From contig CT868673.1 of the NCBI GenBank assembly GCA_000165425.1, positions 62,001-126,000 on the forward strand: DNA of 64,000 nucleotides, given 5' to 3'. The notes beneath the pieces were generated by a model that ran no database searches, had not been told where the DNA came from, and was given only the letters and a program-made list of their open reading frames with translations. This DNA comes from Paramecium tetraurelia (Eukaryota). Positions 21,814 through 35,301 of the stretch are shown here, in pieces; position 1 is the first letter of the stretch, and each line of letters starts with the position of its first letter. A program made the position numbers and the translations under genes.

Positions 21814-24620
21814 TCAAGACTTCTACTTTTTTCCTTTTCTTCTAGAAACTTGTCTTCTCTTTTTTCCTTTTCCAACTCTGGCCTTTGCCTTCATAGCTCT
21901 TTTATCTTTTTTCAATCTTTTATCAACAGTGAGAACTTTCCTTGAACTCTTAAGTTCTAGAATTTAATTGCATATATTTACTTCCACTTGCTTGACCTTT
22001 TCTAGCAACTATGACCTTTCTTTCTTATTCTTTTTAAATATTTGCTTTTTCTTTGTTATAAATTCTTCTCACTTATTACATTTTTGTCTTTTCATTAATA
22101 CCATCAGTATCAAAAACAGTCTAAGCCTTTTTGGCAGCAGTTTTAAGCTTCTTTTGAGCCTTTTTCCACTTTCTAATCTTGGCTTCCATGATCTTGAATA
22201 ATAATATTGATTAAATACCTTTTTGGGCACTCTAGAATTGATTTCATATAATCTTTGTTTTTCCTATTAAAATTCTTCTTTTGTAATAGGTTCCATCTTA
22301 AATACGTGTCTTTCTTCATCATCTACAAACCATTAAGGTAAATCTGCATCTTCCCATTTATCTCTACCAAATGAGTTTTCAATTATTTATTCTCTAGTCT
22401 TTTTCCTCATCATTTTTTTAGCCAATGCCAGATTAGTAGCTAATTAATCAATATCATAATCCTCTATCTTTTTTTCAGAGACAATTTCTAATTCTTTATG
22501 ATTTGGATCCTTCTCTGATGCTTACTTAGCCTTCTTTTCTTCCCTAGCTGCTATTTTCTTGAGTTTTCTTCTTCTTTTTTCCATATCTGAAATAGGAAGA
22601 TTAAGTTCAAACTATTTTACTTTCTCATCTTCTCCAGGTAAGGGATCTTGATTAATTTTTGCATCTAAATAGATTTTATAATATAATTACTTAATTTTCT
22701 TTAATATTCCATTTCTTTTTTATCAACTCTTTTCAATAATCCAACATCTTTATTATCATCCAATTAGTTCAAGTCTTCCTGAATTTACTTTTATAGATTT
22801 TTCAATTATTTTGGATCCATAACTTTTTCTTCTTGTTCATCGCTGTCTGAGTCATTCTTGAATTTATCAGCAGGTTATTCCCTGTCAGTTTTTTCTTTCT
22901 TCTTCTTCTCCAACTATGTTATGTTTTAATTCTTAAGTGGGTTATCAAATACATCATCTTTTTATTTTTTAAGTTATTCCTTTAATTTTTAGAATTCCTC
23001 CTTATCAAAAAATTTACTCTTTAAATCTGAAACTTTTAAGTGATCCTCTTGTTTCTTCACCTTTTTAATTGGTTTGCAAGCTAGCTCATCAGCATCTACT
23101 TCTTCTTAATCAGATTCTAGAGCTTACTTCTTATTTCTAATTCTTTCTAAAGCATTTTCTTTCTTCTATTTCTTGTTTTCATAAATTAATTCTAAATTTT
23201 TATCTAATTATTTTTAATTGTTAAATGCCAATTTCTCTTTCTTTAGTTTCTCTTCTTGTTTATCTTCCACATCCACATATCCTAATTTTAGTATATTCTT
23301 ATGCTTAGAGAATTAGAATAACTCTTAATCTTCTTCTTGAGGAGTGAATCCTATTCCCCTTCCTGCTAGTTTCTTCTCTTACTAAGCTTACTTTTATTTT
23401 TGTTTTCTTTATTCCTTTAATTCCTTCTTCTATTCCTCAATATATTATTATTCCAAAGCTTCCTTTTGTTTATCTACTAATTTATCAAGATCATCTTATT
23501 CCACTGCTTCTTCCTCATTTACTTCATCATCTTCTCCTTCTCCTTCAGCCTCATCTAGATCTTCGTATTCAGCACTTTCTTGTTGCTCCTATTATTCTAG
23601 TTACTCTTATTCTTTCTTTTATTTTGATATAAAATGCTTGATCTTACTTCTCCATTTTAATAATTATATAATTTCTCTCTTTCCTAATACTTTTATATCC
23701 TCCATCAATATTTCATAATCTTAAGGAGGTTTAGCAAGACTCAAATACTTTTGCTTAGCTTCTTCAGTCATCTTGATTCCTGCATATTCAATAAAGATTG
23801 GATATGGATTTTCCGCATGAAGAAATTCTTCAAAATTTATCATCTAATAAACAGTTTAATGAACATCATCAGCATATCCGCTTCTATGTCTTTAAGTTCT
23901 CTTCTAAAGAATTTTGTCGACAGAGACAATTTCTTTCTATATCTATTATTACAACATATCGGTTTCAGTATCTTTGAACACATGTTTAGAATCAAATAAC
24001 TTCTCATCAATGTATTCTGGTGCTAAATAGTCTAAACAAACCACAAAAATTTCAGCAGACACAAATCTACTTGCTAAAGGTTTAGTAGCTTCTACCTTGC
24101 TAAAGAATTTGTTAAAGACCCACATTAAGGAATTATAATCTGTTGATCTAAATACCTTAGTCACAAAGACTCCTCCTTTCTTTAAAAATTAAGATGCCAA
24201 TCTCAAGGCTGATAAGACAAGATCATTTTAGTTATAAGCATCCTTAGCCCAACTGGCTCCCACATTAGGAGCACCATCATGTAAGAATACATCTGCTTTT
24301 TATGGTATTTCCTTTTTAAGCAATTACACACATTGTGGTGTTGTAATGTCTTAGGTGAATGCTTTGCATCCTGGAATTGGTTTGATGTGAACCAAATCCA
24401 AACCAATTATGGTTGAACTTGTAGGCATTATTTGAGCACACACTTGCATCCATCCTCCTGGGGCTGCACATAAATCTACGACTGTTCTTGCATTATTGAG
24501 AAAATTGTATTTGCGATTTAACTAGAACAATTTAAACGCTGCTCTTGATCTATATCCTTGATCCTTAGCAAGGTTGTAATATTTATCTAAACGAGAACGA
24601 GCTTTTGTTTTTCTAGGCAT
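21814..24620 (-). CDS. SPB1: AdoMet-dependent pre-60S rRNA methyltransferase Spb1/FTSJ3
   Basis: [74 protein letters not shown] and C-terminal LPQWFVDDE. Confidence 0.95.
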
Positions 24621-24699
24621 TTTGGTTATTAAAATTAATTTGTGACCAGAATAATAATTTACATACAATATCAATTATTTATACTCAATACCAAAATTC

Positions 24700-25859
24700 A
24701 TGATTATCACATTTTTAATAATAAAAATACCAAAAAACTTGAAAGTATCAAAATCCATTTCTCCCTTTGTTTGCATATTTTTTTAGTTTTTTAACCATTA
24801 TCTAAATTGCAGTACTTTACTCTGAATTTGAAATTAAAATCTTTTTTGTAAATTTAAGAATTGTGATGCTGAAAATTAGATCATTAAATCTTAGTTTATT
24901 TCAATTCATTTTCTATATTGAAGTTTTCTTGTTCCAATCTATAATAGTTTGAGAATGGATATTAATCCATTAATTTTTAATAATTTGTTAACAATGCTCA
25001 TTTATTATTCATTATTATGAGTTACATGTTTTTAACTACATTTTAGATAAAAGCCTTTGAAAAGGAACTAATTTAGTCCCCATATTTAATTCATCTTACA
25101 TCTGTAAATAAAACGAATTAAATTTATCTTTATTTTATTTCTAATTTAAAATAAGAGATACTGCTATTTGTATTTGTTATAACTTAAAATTAGATTAAAA
25201 GGTAATTCAATGTCTACTAATTTATTGATTGCTTTCCCATGGATCTCAGCATTATGATGCTAATTGTCTACTTTGTTGATAATCATCATTCTTAGATTTT
25301 CTCCTCCTCTTATTAAATTATTGCTTTCCATGGAACTAATTTCGTATTCTTAGGAAAAGTAACATTATTATTCAACTACTGCATCTTTGTTAATTGATGA
25401 GTTGACTTTCGAATAATTATAATTAAATAAAATCTCTACTCTTACAATATTTTGAAAAAGAACAGATCTAAGAAAAATCCGTAATGTTGTCTCTTATATA
25501 GTTCTAAAATTTAGCTTCTTTTAATAATTTAACCGAATTCTCTTCTCCACTTACTTTGATCAATCTAGGAGTTAAGAGGATTATTTTAATAGCAGCAAAG
25601 CTAATTATCTAATTGGATGTATATTAATATAGGTGGTTCAACCTCTGTCATTTCAATTACATTTTACTAAAAATCAAATATTAATCTTTCCCTTTATTTC
25701 AATTGAAATATAATTATCTATTAACTTCTAAAAAGTCTCTTTAGACCTTTCTCAATATTATACAATATATCACACCTACAATCTGTAAGTATTTGAATTT
25801 ATCATCATTATTTTTGGCATTCTAAATGATAATAATTCTATGGTTGATTTAAGTTTCAT
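24700..25859 (-). pseudogene. Coding-like sequence with no clean spliced reading frame (degraded or unresolved gene)
   Basis: ATG at 25859 and long TGA-free stretches such as FDFQQNVIEMTEVEPPILIY, but TGAs interrupt every frame I tried and canonical introns did not remove them. The 3' boundary is approximate. Confidence 0.3.
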
Positions 25860-25891
25860 TGATATTTTAATTTTATTTAAATTAATCGTTG

Positions 25892-26774
25892 ATGGATAAT
25901 ATACCACAAGCACAGTATAATATTTGTTCATCATTTTAAGGAAGAAATATGTTCTCACAGACATAATGAAAAAGAGAAAGCATCAATCAAGTCTAAATGA
26001 GGAGAGAGCACGTTAAATTAAGGAGAGAATCCAAAAGAAAAAATAAAAGACTAAGGATTTCGTTCATCCTGAAAAGTTTGTGGATAAATATCGTAAACAA
26101 TAAACAGCATATTCTTATTTTAAAAGAAAAGTACTCTCCATCTATAACGTATTTAGGAACGCAAACAAAATTTAGAAACAGTTGATACAAAATCTATTCC
26201 AATTAATAAAACATTACTTGTGGTGAGAATTAGAGGGTATACAATTTTTGCTAGATTATTTTAGTGTTAAAGATATCTCCAACAGACAACAAAAAATACT
26301 GAAGGAATTGAGATTAAACAAGGTTAACACAGCTGTTTTTGTGAGGACATCTGTAGATATTTGGAGGAAGCTGAAATTAGTTGAGAATTATATTACCTAT
26401 GGGTAATGATTCCAAATCTATTTAGATTGCCAACACGATAAATTATCAACGATTTAATTGTTAAGAGAGGACACATTATGAAGGATAAAGAAATTATTGC
26501 ATTGAAATCCAACGAAATCATAGAAGAGTATATGAGTGAGAAGGACATTATTTGTGTTGAGGACATTGTGAATACAATTGCAAATGCATCAGAGAATTTC
26601 GACTTTGTTACCAAATTCTTAGTGTATTATATTTAAATAATCATTAGGCCATTAAAATTAAATCATCCTGAAGGACAATTGAAGAGTGGTAAGATCAAAA
26701 AGCCTTTGACAAAGCAAGGAGAATGGGGTTACAGAGAAGAAAGAATAAACAGCCTTGTAGAAAATATGATTTGA
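25892..26774 (+). CDS. Ribosomal protein L7-like (uL30 family), probably 60S biogenesis factor Rlp7/RPL7L1
   Basis: DFVHPEKFVDKYR, LLVVRIRG/V, LRLNKVNTAVFV, LKLVENYITYG/LP, LIVKRG, IICVEDIV, GEWGYREEKINSLVENMI. Five tiny introns. Too divergent for canonical RPL7. Confidence 0.8.
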
Positions 26775-26968
26775 TTTATATATATATTCAAATTAGATCA
26801 ATATCTCCATAAGATTGTTATGTTTTAACTTTCCATTCATAAAGTGAAATACGTTTCTGAGGGATAAAATAATAGCAGTTAATTCTAACATTTAAATTTT
26901 CTTTGTTCTTTTGCTCATATAATTGTATAAACAATTCATTAATTATTTTGAATTCAAAATAAAATATC

Positions 26969-28370
26969 ATGCAATAACAGACTATTGATGAGAGTATTCT
27001 CTAATAAGTAAGTTAATCATTTTATTGTAGTTGAGACGTATTCTAAGTTTTTAATCCTTATCCAGAAATTATTTTCTTTTGAGGAAATTTGATCTCAGCA
27101 TAGGTTGTATAAGGCTTCAGAGCTTGGCCAAGGAAAAAAGCTTTAGACAATTGCTAGATTACCCTAATGGTATAGAAACTCTAGTTAATGTATTAATTTA
27201 AAAATTAACTTTTTAGATTTTGATCCAATATAACTACAGCAATTGGATTTTCGATTAGGATTTCAATGTCATTAGACCTATCTTTAGAAAGGAGAGAAAA
27301 TAAGTGTAAATTTTGATCAAAAAGAATCAAGTGGATGAATTTAAGAAATTTTTACTAGAATTAGATCTTGAAAAAGAGTGTGAAGTCTTGGAAGCAGAGT
27401 ACATAGCAAACAAGGATTTTACAAAATTGTTCATTGTTTTTGATAATGAGGATGAAGCACAGAGAGGTTTTAGTAAAATATAATCATGCAAGGCCACAGT
27501 AACATTTTATATGAAATTTTAGTTTGCAATACAAAATGCCAAAATGGAGGAAGTGGATTTCTATAACAGATTCCTAAACATTGTTCAATCCAAATAATAA
27601 TAATTTTAAGATTAAAGGATGAATAATCCCAGAAACTATGAAGATATGCAAATGGAGCATTAATAATTTTCACATCATCACTAATCTTAATAGAATCAAT
27701 ACTTATAATACTAATAATAGAAATTCTATTAATAATAACAATAAGAATGTTCTACCTCTGACATTGTAAATTAAAGATTAAATCAAATTAGATCAAATGA
27801 AAAAATAGAATTAAACTATGCTCCTGTGCAAGAATAATAATCAATGTTTTCATTTGTACCTAATTTGAATCCTCAACAATATGGTTCAATGCAAGAAGGT
27901 TATGAAAATCCAAATTTTGGTGAAAACAGGAAAACTATTGAAATAATTAGAATTGAAGTAGATTCTGAAAACACTCAATCCCAAAATGCTGAATAGTTTG
28001 AATCATAGACCAATTAGAGGCAAATTTCAAGAGAAACAGAGTCCAATAAAGAAAATTCAGTGGAAAGAAATAATAAAAAAACACATCAAGTAGAGCTTTA
28101 TGAAGAGAAATAACACTTTAAACATGGACATCAATAAAACGGATATGTATTATTATTTACTTAAAACTTATTAGTAATAAAAGGGTAGAAATAATTATGA
28201 GTACAACAAGTATCACAATAAATAAAATAACAGGAAATAACCATATTATAGTATACAATATTATAAAAAATTTAGATCGTTTGGAGAATGATTTAAGTGA
28301 ATTTACTGGATACAAGAAGTACCAATAAAGATAGCAGAAGGAATACTACGAAGTGAAGAAGGAATATTGA
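26969..28370 (+). CDS. La-related RNA-binding protein (LARP4-like La motif plus RRM)
   Basis: LRRILSFQSLSRNYFL...GCIRLQSLA...FRQL resembles a La motif. VIRPIFRKERKQVQIL...LFIVFDNEDEAQRGF resembles the LARP4 RRM. Low-complexity Q/N tail. Confidence 0.6.
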
Positions 28371-28439
28371 ATTCTCAAAACAATTTTGTTATTCCACAAC
28401 TTTATATTCTCTTATAAAATCTATATTATTAAATAATTG

Positions 28440-30227
28440 ATGAATTAAAGGGAGAAACTTGCTTATTATCCACATCTACTTGTATTCCTAAATTTTGATA
28501 TCTCATTAGGGATAATCAGATAAAATAATGAATTAAAACGTAGATAGTAAAAAGGGATTGGAGGAATATTTGGCAATAATGTTGGAGAGAGCTACTGTTG
28601 AAGAAAATTACGCCAAAGCTCTAAGCAAATTAGAATAATAAATTGAGAAGTCAAAGTAATGAAATTCTAAATGTATTTAGTTTGATTTTTATGAGAGAGT
28701 AGTTAATCAATTAATTGAAGAATAAAATTATATGGATTGAGAATTTCGTTGAGTTAATTAGAGCAGAAATTGCTAGCTAAGTTAGGGAGACACTGAATTA
28801 GCAGAATTAGATTTCCATTAAAATAATAGAAGATATTAAATAATTGGAAGAGGTCTTAATGGATAGAAATGGTTAGGTTATGGCTGCAAGAATGGATTAC
28901 AAATTAAAAATGAAAGACTATGAGTAATCTGCAATTTTAGATATGGTTTATCAATATAGTTTTGATGTACCAGAAGATCAGACTATCAAATAAATTTGCA
29001 AGTATTTTGTAGTATAATTTAGAACTTAATATGTATCAATTGAATGTTCTAAATTAAAGAAATAATATTAATTATAAACTATTGCATACAATGAATTCTT
29101 GGATGTCTATAAAACAAAGATGGAAAGTTATTTGTTTTAGATGGAAGAATTTGAGTAGACAAAATTATTAATTCAAAAAGATACTTTATTAAAAGTATTC
29201 TTAATGGAGGTTTAGATGCAAAAATAACAATTTTAAGAAATTGAGAAATTTAATGAATAGATTAAGAATACAAATATTCAGGATGTGATTGAAAGCTTTA
29301 TCATGAAATATTACCGACCAGATTATCACCCAAATTAGTTGGAATTTAAGGATTATTCTTCCTTTTTAATAAATGAAATTGAATCCATAAAATCTCAAGA
29401 GTATCACAAACTAAAAGATTTAATTAAAGCTTATTCTGAGACATTTTACAACATTTTTTCAGATGTTATTGAAAAGAATGTATTCATTTTCTTAACAGTA
29501 GAACCAATAAAGCATTGAAAAGCAAGACCTTGACTCACTACTAAATGGAGAGAGTATTTAAGGACTTTTCAAGTGTTTCCTAATCCATGTTAATTCTATT
29601 TTGAATGATGGTTAATTTTAACATGATTAAACCATAATTGAATTATTGAAATCAAATACTTAGAATAAATTGCTTTGGTTAATCGCATTAGAGATATATG
29701 CCGATAAGAATAATTATAGAGTGCCTAATGCTAAAGCTTATGAATCCATCCTTAAATGGAGTTAGACATTAATTGATTTTGTAATTATTGTTACCTTATA
29801 TCAAGTGCTCTGAAATATCGGATGCAACACCTCTCAGAAAGTTGATAACATTAAGTTCATTACTCCACATTTCTGTTTAAAATAAGAAGCACTATCTAAT
29901 GCATAGTCTCAAAAATAATCAAGTCTTCAACTAATCAGACTTTATAGAGGCCAATATAATAGAGGCAACGTATGATGGCTTGGTTGAGGAGGTGAAGGAA
30001 GAACCGAATTAAATTGAGAGGATTAAGAGGTTTATTCTATATCTTAATTCTATAGACAAAAGATCAATTTTTTTACCTAAATATCGAAAATTTGTTTCAC
30101 TTTGTTGATTTTTAATTCGAATAAATCCATCAGGAATTACTCAGATAAATACTTAAAGCTATTGAAAGTGGCTGCCAATGCTGTCCAAGATTTAACATTT
30201 TAGATTGAGAGTTATAAGTAATTGTGA
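28440..30227 (+). CDS. F-BAR (FCH) domain protein with helical, possibly SBF2-like C-terminus
   Basis: LEEYLAIMLERATVEENYAKALSKL is an FCH signature, followed by a long coiled coil and C-terminal KHYLMHSLKNNQVFNQSDF. Several tiny introns. Confidence 0.7.
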
Positions 30228-30266
30228 AATATTTATTATATTTAATTCAATAATAATTCTTACAGA

Positions 30267-33200
30267 ATGGCGTCACAAATGTATTTATTTATTAGAACTC
30301 CACTAGAGTTTTTAAGGAGAAGGATTACGAATTTATTTATAAAACCAGAGTCATTTAATTATAGCAAACAACAGACAATCCATTGAGATTAGACAGACCA
30401 AAAGTCACAATATAGAGAGGAAGAAAAGCGAATGTGCAGATAAGAACAAAAGGAAATTTCGTTGATCCTTTATCAAGAGCAGCTACTTAAAAGGCTTAAA
30501 CAAATCCATTAAGCAGACCACAAACTGTAGATCCATTGGCTAGACCTTCAGCATAACCAACTCAAAAAATAGAATAGTCATAACCTCAAACATAGGCTAA
30601 AAGTGTTGAACCAAATAAACCATAATAATAATAATAACAATAGGAAGGCAAACTTGAGATTGATGCAGAGGAGAAATAATTAAAAGCAACAGGAGAATTC
30701 TCAATTTATTGGTCAGAAATAAGAGAAGACTTTTAAAATATATTCCAAATTAAAACCTATGATTTAGAGCAACCAGTGCCGAATGTACTAAAATATTATA
30801 TGTTAGCCTTTTGGAGCCAATGTTCAAACTATGAATTAATTTGATGGATAAGCTAAATCAGCATATAGTGGTGACAGCAAAATTGAATATTAGACACAGG
30901 CTCCAAAGTAAGGGACTTAAAAAATGATTCTATAAAAGACCTACATTCAAAAAGTCTTGGATATCAGAAGAGATTTAAAGAGACAATGGATTAATGGAGA
31001 CAAAGTGGCATCATTGCAATTAGCAATCTAATCTTGCAAATTGCTAATTGATAATGATAAGCCTCTCTTTGCGCCTGTCAAATATGTTTACATTATAGAC
31101 ATTTTGGAAACCTTTGGTAAATTCGTAATTGAGAGATTGCTAAAATTAAGTTATCCACAGTATACAGATCAGAAGATAGCTGAAATCAGTTTGTAAAGTG
31201 TGGTAGGATCAAACATCTCTGAAACAGCTTCAGAAATTGGAAGAAATTGGATAAATAAAATAGGATCTATTAGAGAATTATTGCCTCGTTTGTATGTGGA
31301 AGCCACTCTGTTGAAGGTTTATTATTTTATTGATTAAAGTTAAATTAAACCCATATTCCAAAGACTTATTAAATAAGTCAGGGCAATTGGTGATTATATT
31401 AATGTATAATGTTGTTGTATTCAATTAGGCTTTGTACTTTGCACTTTATCTATTTAGAATAGGAGCAGAATTGTTCTCAGGGGAAAAGGATTATCTCATT
31501 TCCACATTAAAAGACTTCTTTATCTATATGAATCAAAAAAATAAGTTTAGTAAATTCGACGTCTAAGGAGACTAATATCTAAGACTATTTGAACCATATT
31601 TAATATAGACATTCAGACAATATTCATAAAATTGTACAGAAGTAATTATTTAATTAAATTCAAATTAGAGAGAATTCAAGGATATTTTTGAACATTTCAG
31701 ATAGAGTACATAAAACCATTTTGTTTTGAAAAAAATGATTGAATAATTTTAGGCTGTTCATATTAGTACGCTAGCGTTAGAGTTATTTTCAATAATGCAA
31801 GCTTATCCTGTGGATAATAAATATTAATTATATGCATGCTTTTTACCTAAAATAGCAAAGGGATTAACTAATGTAGCTGCTGGTGCTGAGATATGTGAGT
31901 ATGTTCTATAGGACATTTTATAAATAAAGTCATTTTCACTCTTTTTAGAGATTTTGGCATCATTAATTGAATTAATTTTTAGATCCTTTTAGGGTTATTA
32001 GAAAAATTAATTCTTTTTCTTGATATTACAAAGATTCAATGATTTATTTAGTATGGTTGAAAAGGATCAAGTGAATACCAATTAAAGCAGGGATACTTTT
32101 ATCAAATTGCATTAATTTATTATTAAGATATTTTAAGATTCTTAAGATATTTCAGAAATACTTTAAATTGACACATTTATTACTTGTATTTAATTCTTCC
32201 CTGAAGACATGAAGAAACTAGTTTGTAATGATTTGCTTTCAATGATAATAAATAGAGATTAGAAAGAAAAAATCACTGACCCTATGGCTGTGCATTCAAT
32301 AGTAAAATTGACAGCAAATTTGAATAATAAGAAATCAATTACCAAGGATGAATAAAAAAGTTTGGCAAAAATAATCAATTAATTATTGCAAAAGATTGAT
32401 TTTGGTAAAGATTTAGAATAGACATTGAATCTATATGCTGAAATGAGAGGCTAATTTGGAAACATAAGTGGGTTATCAGAAATTTTGATAGATAGAGCTT
32501 TAGATTTGATTTTTAAAGGGAAACGATTATCCAAAGGAAAAACTCAAAAAAAAATAATTTCCTTTTTTTAAGCATGTATTGCTTATAGTTTTATTACTAT
32601 TCCTACAATTGATAATCCAGTATCAAAGTTGAGAAAATATATCTAAGTAGCCTAAGTGGGGTTATCATTGAATTTATTATCTCAAAGTGAAGCAGTAGTT
32701 AAAACTACAATTGAAACACTGCTTGAATTGCCTGAAACTCATAATGGACGACCGATCGATGAAGTCGTTACGCCATATATCTTGGATTTGATTTCATTTA
32801 TTATAATAGTCCCTGATGACCCTTCAGCGGGTTACTTGAACATTTTCCAAGGCTTATTAAAAGCAATTGAATAGTTGAAATGGAATCCAAAGAATGGAGG
32901 GATTTATTCAATAGTAATATATGTGAATTGCATATAATACTTATGTGCATAAGTGCAAGAAAGATTGCCATATCATTTTGAAAATGTGAAATCAAATGAT
33001 GCTTTATTTAATAAGGATTCTTAATTTAGTTTGACTGTATTAGAACTAGTACAGTAATTGTATGTTAAATTAGGAGAATAGGCAGGAGCTATTCTGAAAC
33101 TCAATATTGCCGATTCAATTGTAAGAATATATTGTATTTTAAAAGGAAAATGGTTTAATTGTAAAACATATGCTAAGTTGTCTGAATAGATTGTTAACAT

Positions 33201-33447
33201 TATTGAAATTTAATCAGGAAGCTGAGACTACATTTACAATTTTTGTTGATTTAATATATAAAAAGATAAATGAATTGAATAGAGATAGAACTGGAAAGGT
33301 GCAATTGACATTATTGAAAGCCTATTTCTTATTAACTTTTATTAACATTGAGAAGTCAACAACAGTAATGAATTATTAATAAATTAGTTTAATTTTGAAG
33401 AGAAAAAGAATTAAATGATAAACATTTTAGAATCTGCAAAAAATTGA
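30267..33447 (+). CDS. VPS35L: Retriever complex subunit VPS35-like (C16orf62/UPF0505)
   Basis: N-terminal DNPL/VDPLS/TNPLS/VDPLA motifs, WINGDKVASLQLAIQSCKLL, DILETFGKFVIERL, GRNWINKIGSIRELLPRLYVE, IDFGKDLEQTLNLYAEMRG, ACIAYSFITIPTI and IVPDDP. The end is 33447 if the last 23-nt intron is spliced, otherwise 33418. Confidence 0.9.
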
Positions 33448-33521
33448 GTTATGATTTTATTTAGATATATATTTTAATTTAAGTTAAGTTTAGAGTAAAT
33501 TTAAATATATTCAAAAACAAA

Positions 33522-34885
33522 TCACACCATCTCCATTTCAGATTAGTCAATTTAACTAATTTTACTAAATTATTATCTTTTAAGGAAGGATGTCACTAAT
33601 CTTAGACTCAGAGGGATTATCATTACAAACAAGATGGATATTTCTAAATAATGAAATTGAGTGAAAAATATCTTGCATAACAATTTCTTAGTTTCTGAAT
33701 TTCCAGCAATTTTGCTTGTTGTTTATTCTTCATAAATTTAAATCCAATAAACGATTATATATGTAAGCAGGTACTAAATATTTGAGCCAATTTGATTTAA
33801 GATTTAATCCGATTCAACTTTTAGTAATGTTTATTATTTAGAATAGAAGGCCAGCAAGTAACATGGGAAGAACAATATTGAGATTCCGGAGATGTCATGA
33901 GTCTCAAATTTATTTTTCGGATTGTACCCTCCTCCATCTGTACATTGTGGTTACTTTAATATATTTTGTTTCCATTATTATTTTAACTCAATCAAGGATT
34001 ATTCATAATGTCTTTCAAAATATAAGAAATAAGCAAAGGTAAAAATCAAAAAAGAGACTAATAGCATTTTCATGTATCTGTATGAATTCAAGAATAAAGA
34101 GTTTCTGAATGCTTATTCTATCATTTTCTCCAAGCCACAATAGTAATATACATAGATTATATATCCTCCGATTACCCAACCTATTATGATTTGATTCAAG
34201 AAGTGAACTCCAAAATACAGTCTACCAATGCCAATTAGGAACGCAAAAATTGCTATGAAAAACTTGTACTTAGAATAGGATATATATTGATTTGAATAAA
34301 TCTATTTATATAATTCAGAACTAAGAATTAATATAAGAAAATACTTTGAGATTTCTTTTTCATCCAATGCTTGTTTGTCTGATTAAATTAGTGAGCAGTT
34401 CTCTTAAATGTTGTATTTTTTCAATACAATTGTTTCAATCAGTATTGTATAGAAGACAAATGACCTGAGAGAATGTCCACTCGGATCTCCAAACCCTGTA
34501 TAGCAAAAGTCTAGTTTGATTTCTGGGTCCAAGTAAAATGGCCTTGGTTGAGTCATAATCATCTTGATTAAGTTCCCAAAAGCCGCAGCTATTGCATTCA
34601 TGGTTATAAGCTTGAATATCTATATTTTGTTTTAAGCTTTGATCCAAATCAAAAGAGTCAAAATATTTGTGCATTCTGCATCTCCTGCGGTTGAAAATAC
34701 CAGGAGTATGTATTCTAAAATATTTTTAAGACTTTACCGAAATATCCAGTTTCTTTTCCATACTCAAATTATATTTGAAGAAACTTAGTAATTTCATTAC
34801 TTATATTGTAAGTTAAGCTTCCAAAATGATTGTCCAATACTAGGAAGAATAGCAATACCGCAGTTGCGAATAATAATTTGTACAT
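33522..34885 (-). CDS. PAP2-family membrane phosphatase (glucose-6-phosphatase-like)
   Basis: Three PAP2 motifs: KMIMTQPRP, GDPSGH and GRLYFGVHFLNQI. Multiple hydrophobic segments. Confidence 0.85.
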
Positions 34886-35301
34886 TAAATAAATAAAAAT
34901 TGAATTAAAAAGAATTTAAAAATGTTCTCATGAAATTCCGAAATTCTTAATATAAGTTTAATATTAATTTCTATTATTTTGATTGAATAATAAAAATCAA
35001 TTTATTTAATCTGGATGTCTTCATTCAGTTGCAAATACCTTATTTTGAAAAAAGTGAGTTAGACTGTAAGAATAAATTTTGGAAGAAATTTAAAAAATAG
35101 TATCAAAGTATTAGGAGGTTTGTGAGTAACAAGAACAAAATATAGGAGGAGGTCTTATCTTTCTTATCATAATAATCATAAGCAATTTAGAATTAAACAG
35201 ACATTGAATACGAATTTAATTATACAATGTATTATTTCATATTTGAAATAAAATAAATGTTGAATTAAATTTATAATATTATTATGTTTATAAAAACCAA
35301 A

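Noticed and set aside
28440..33447. Adjacent F-BAR and VPS35L genes as a trafficking operon
   Set aside because: Eukaryotic monocistronic context, and trafficking genes are numerous enough for chance adjacency.
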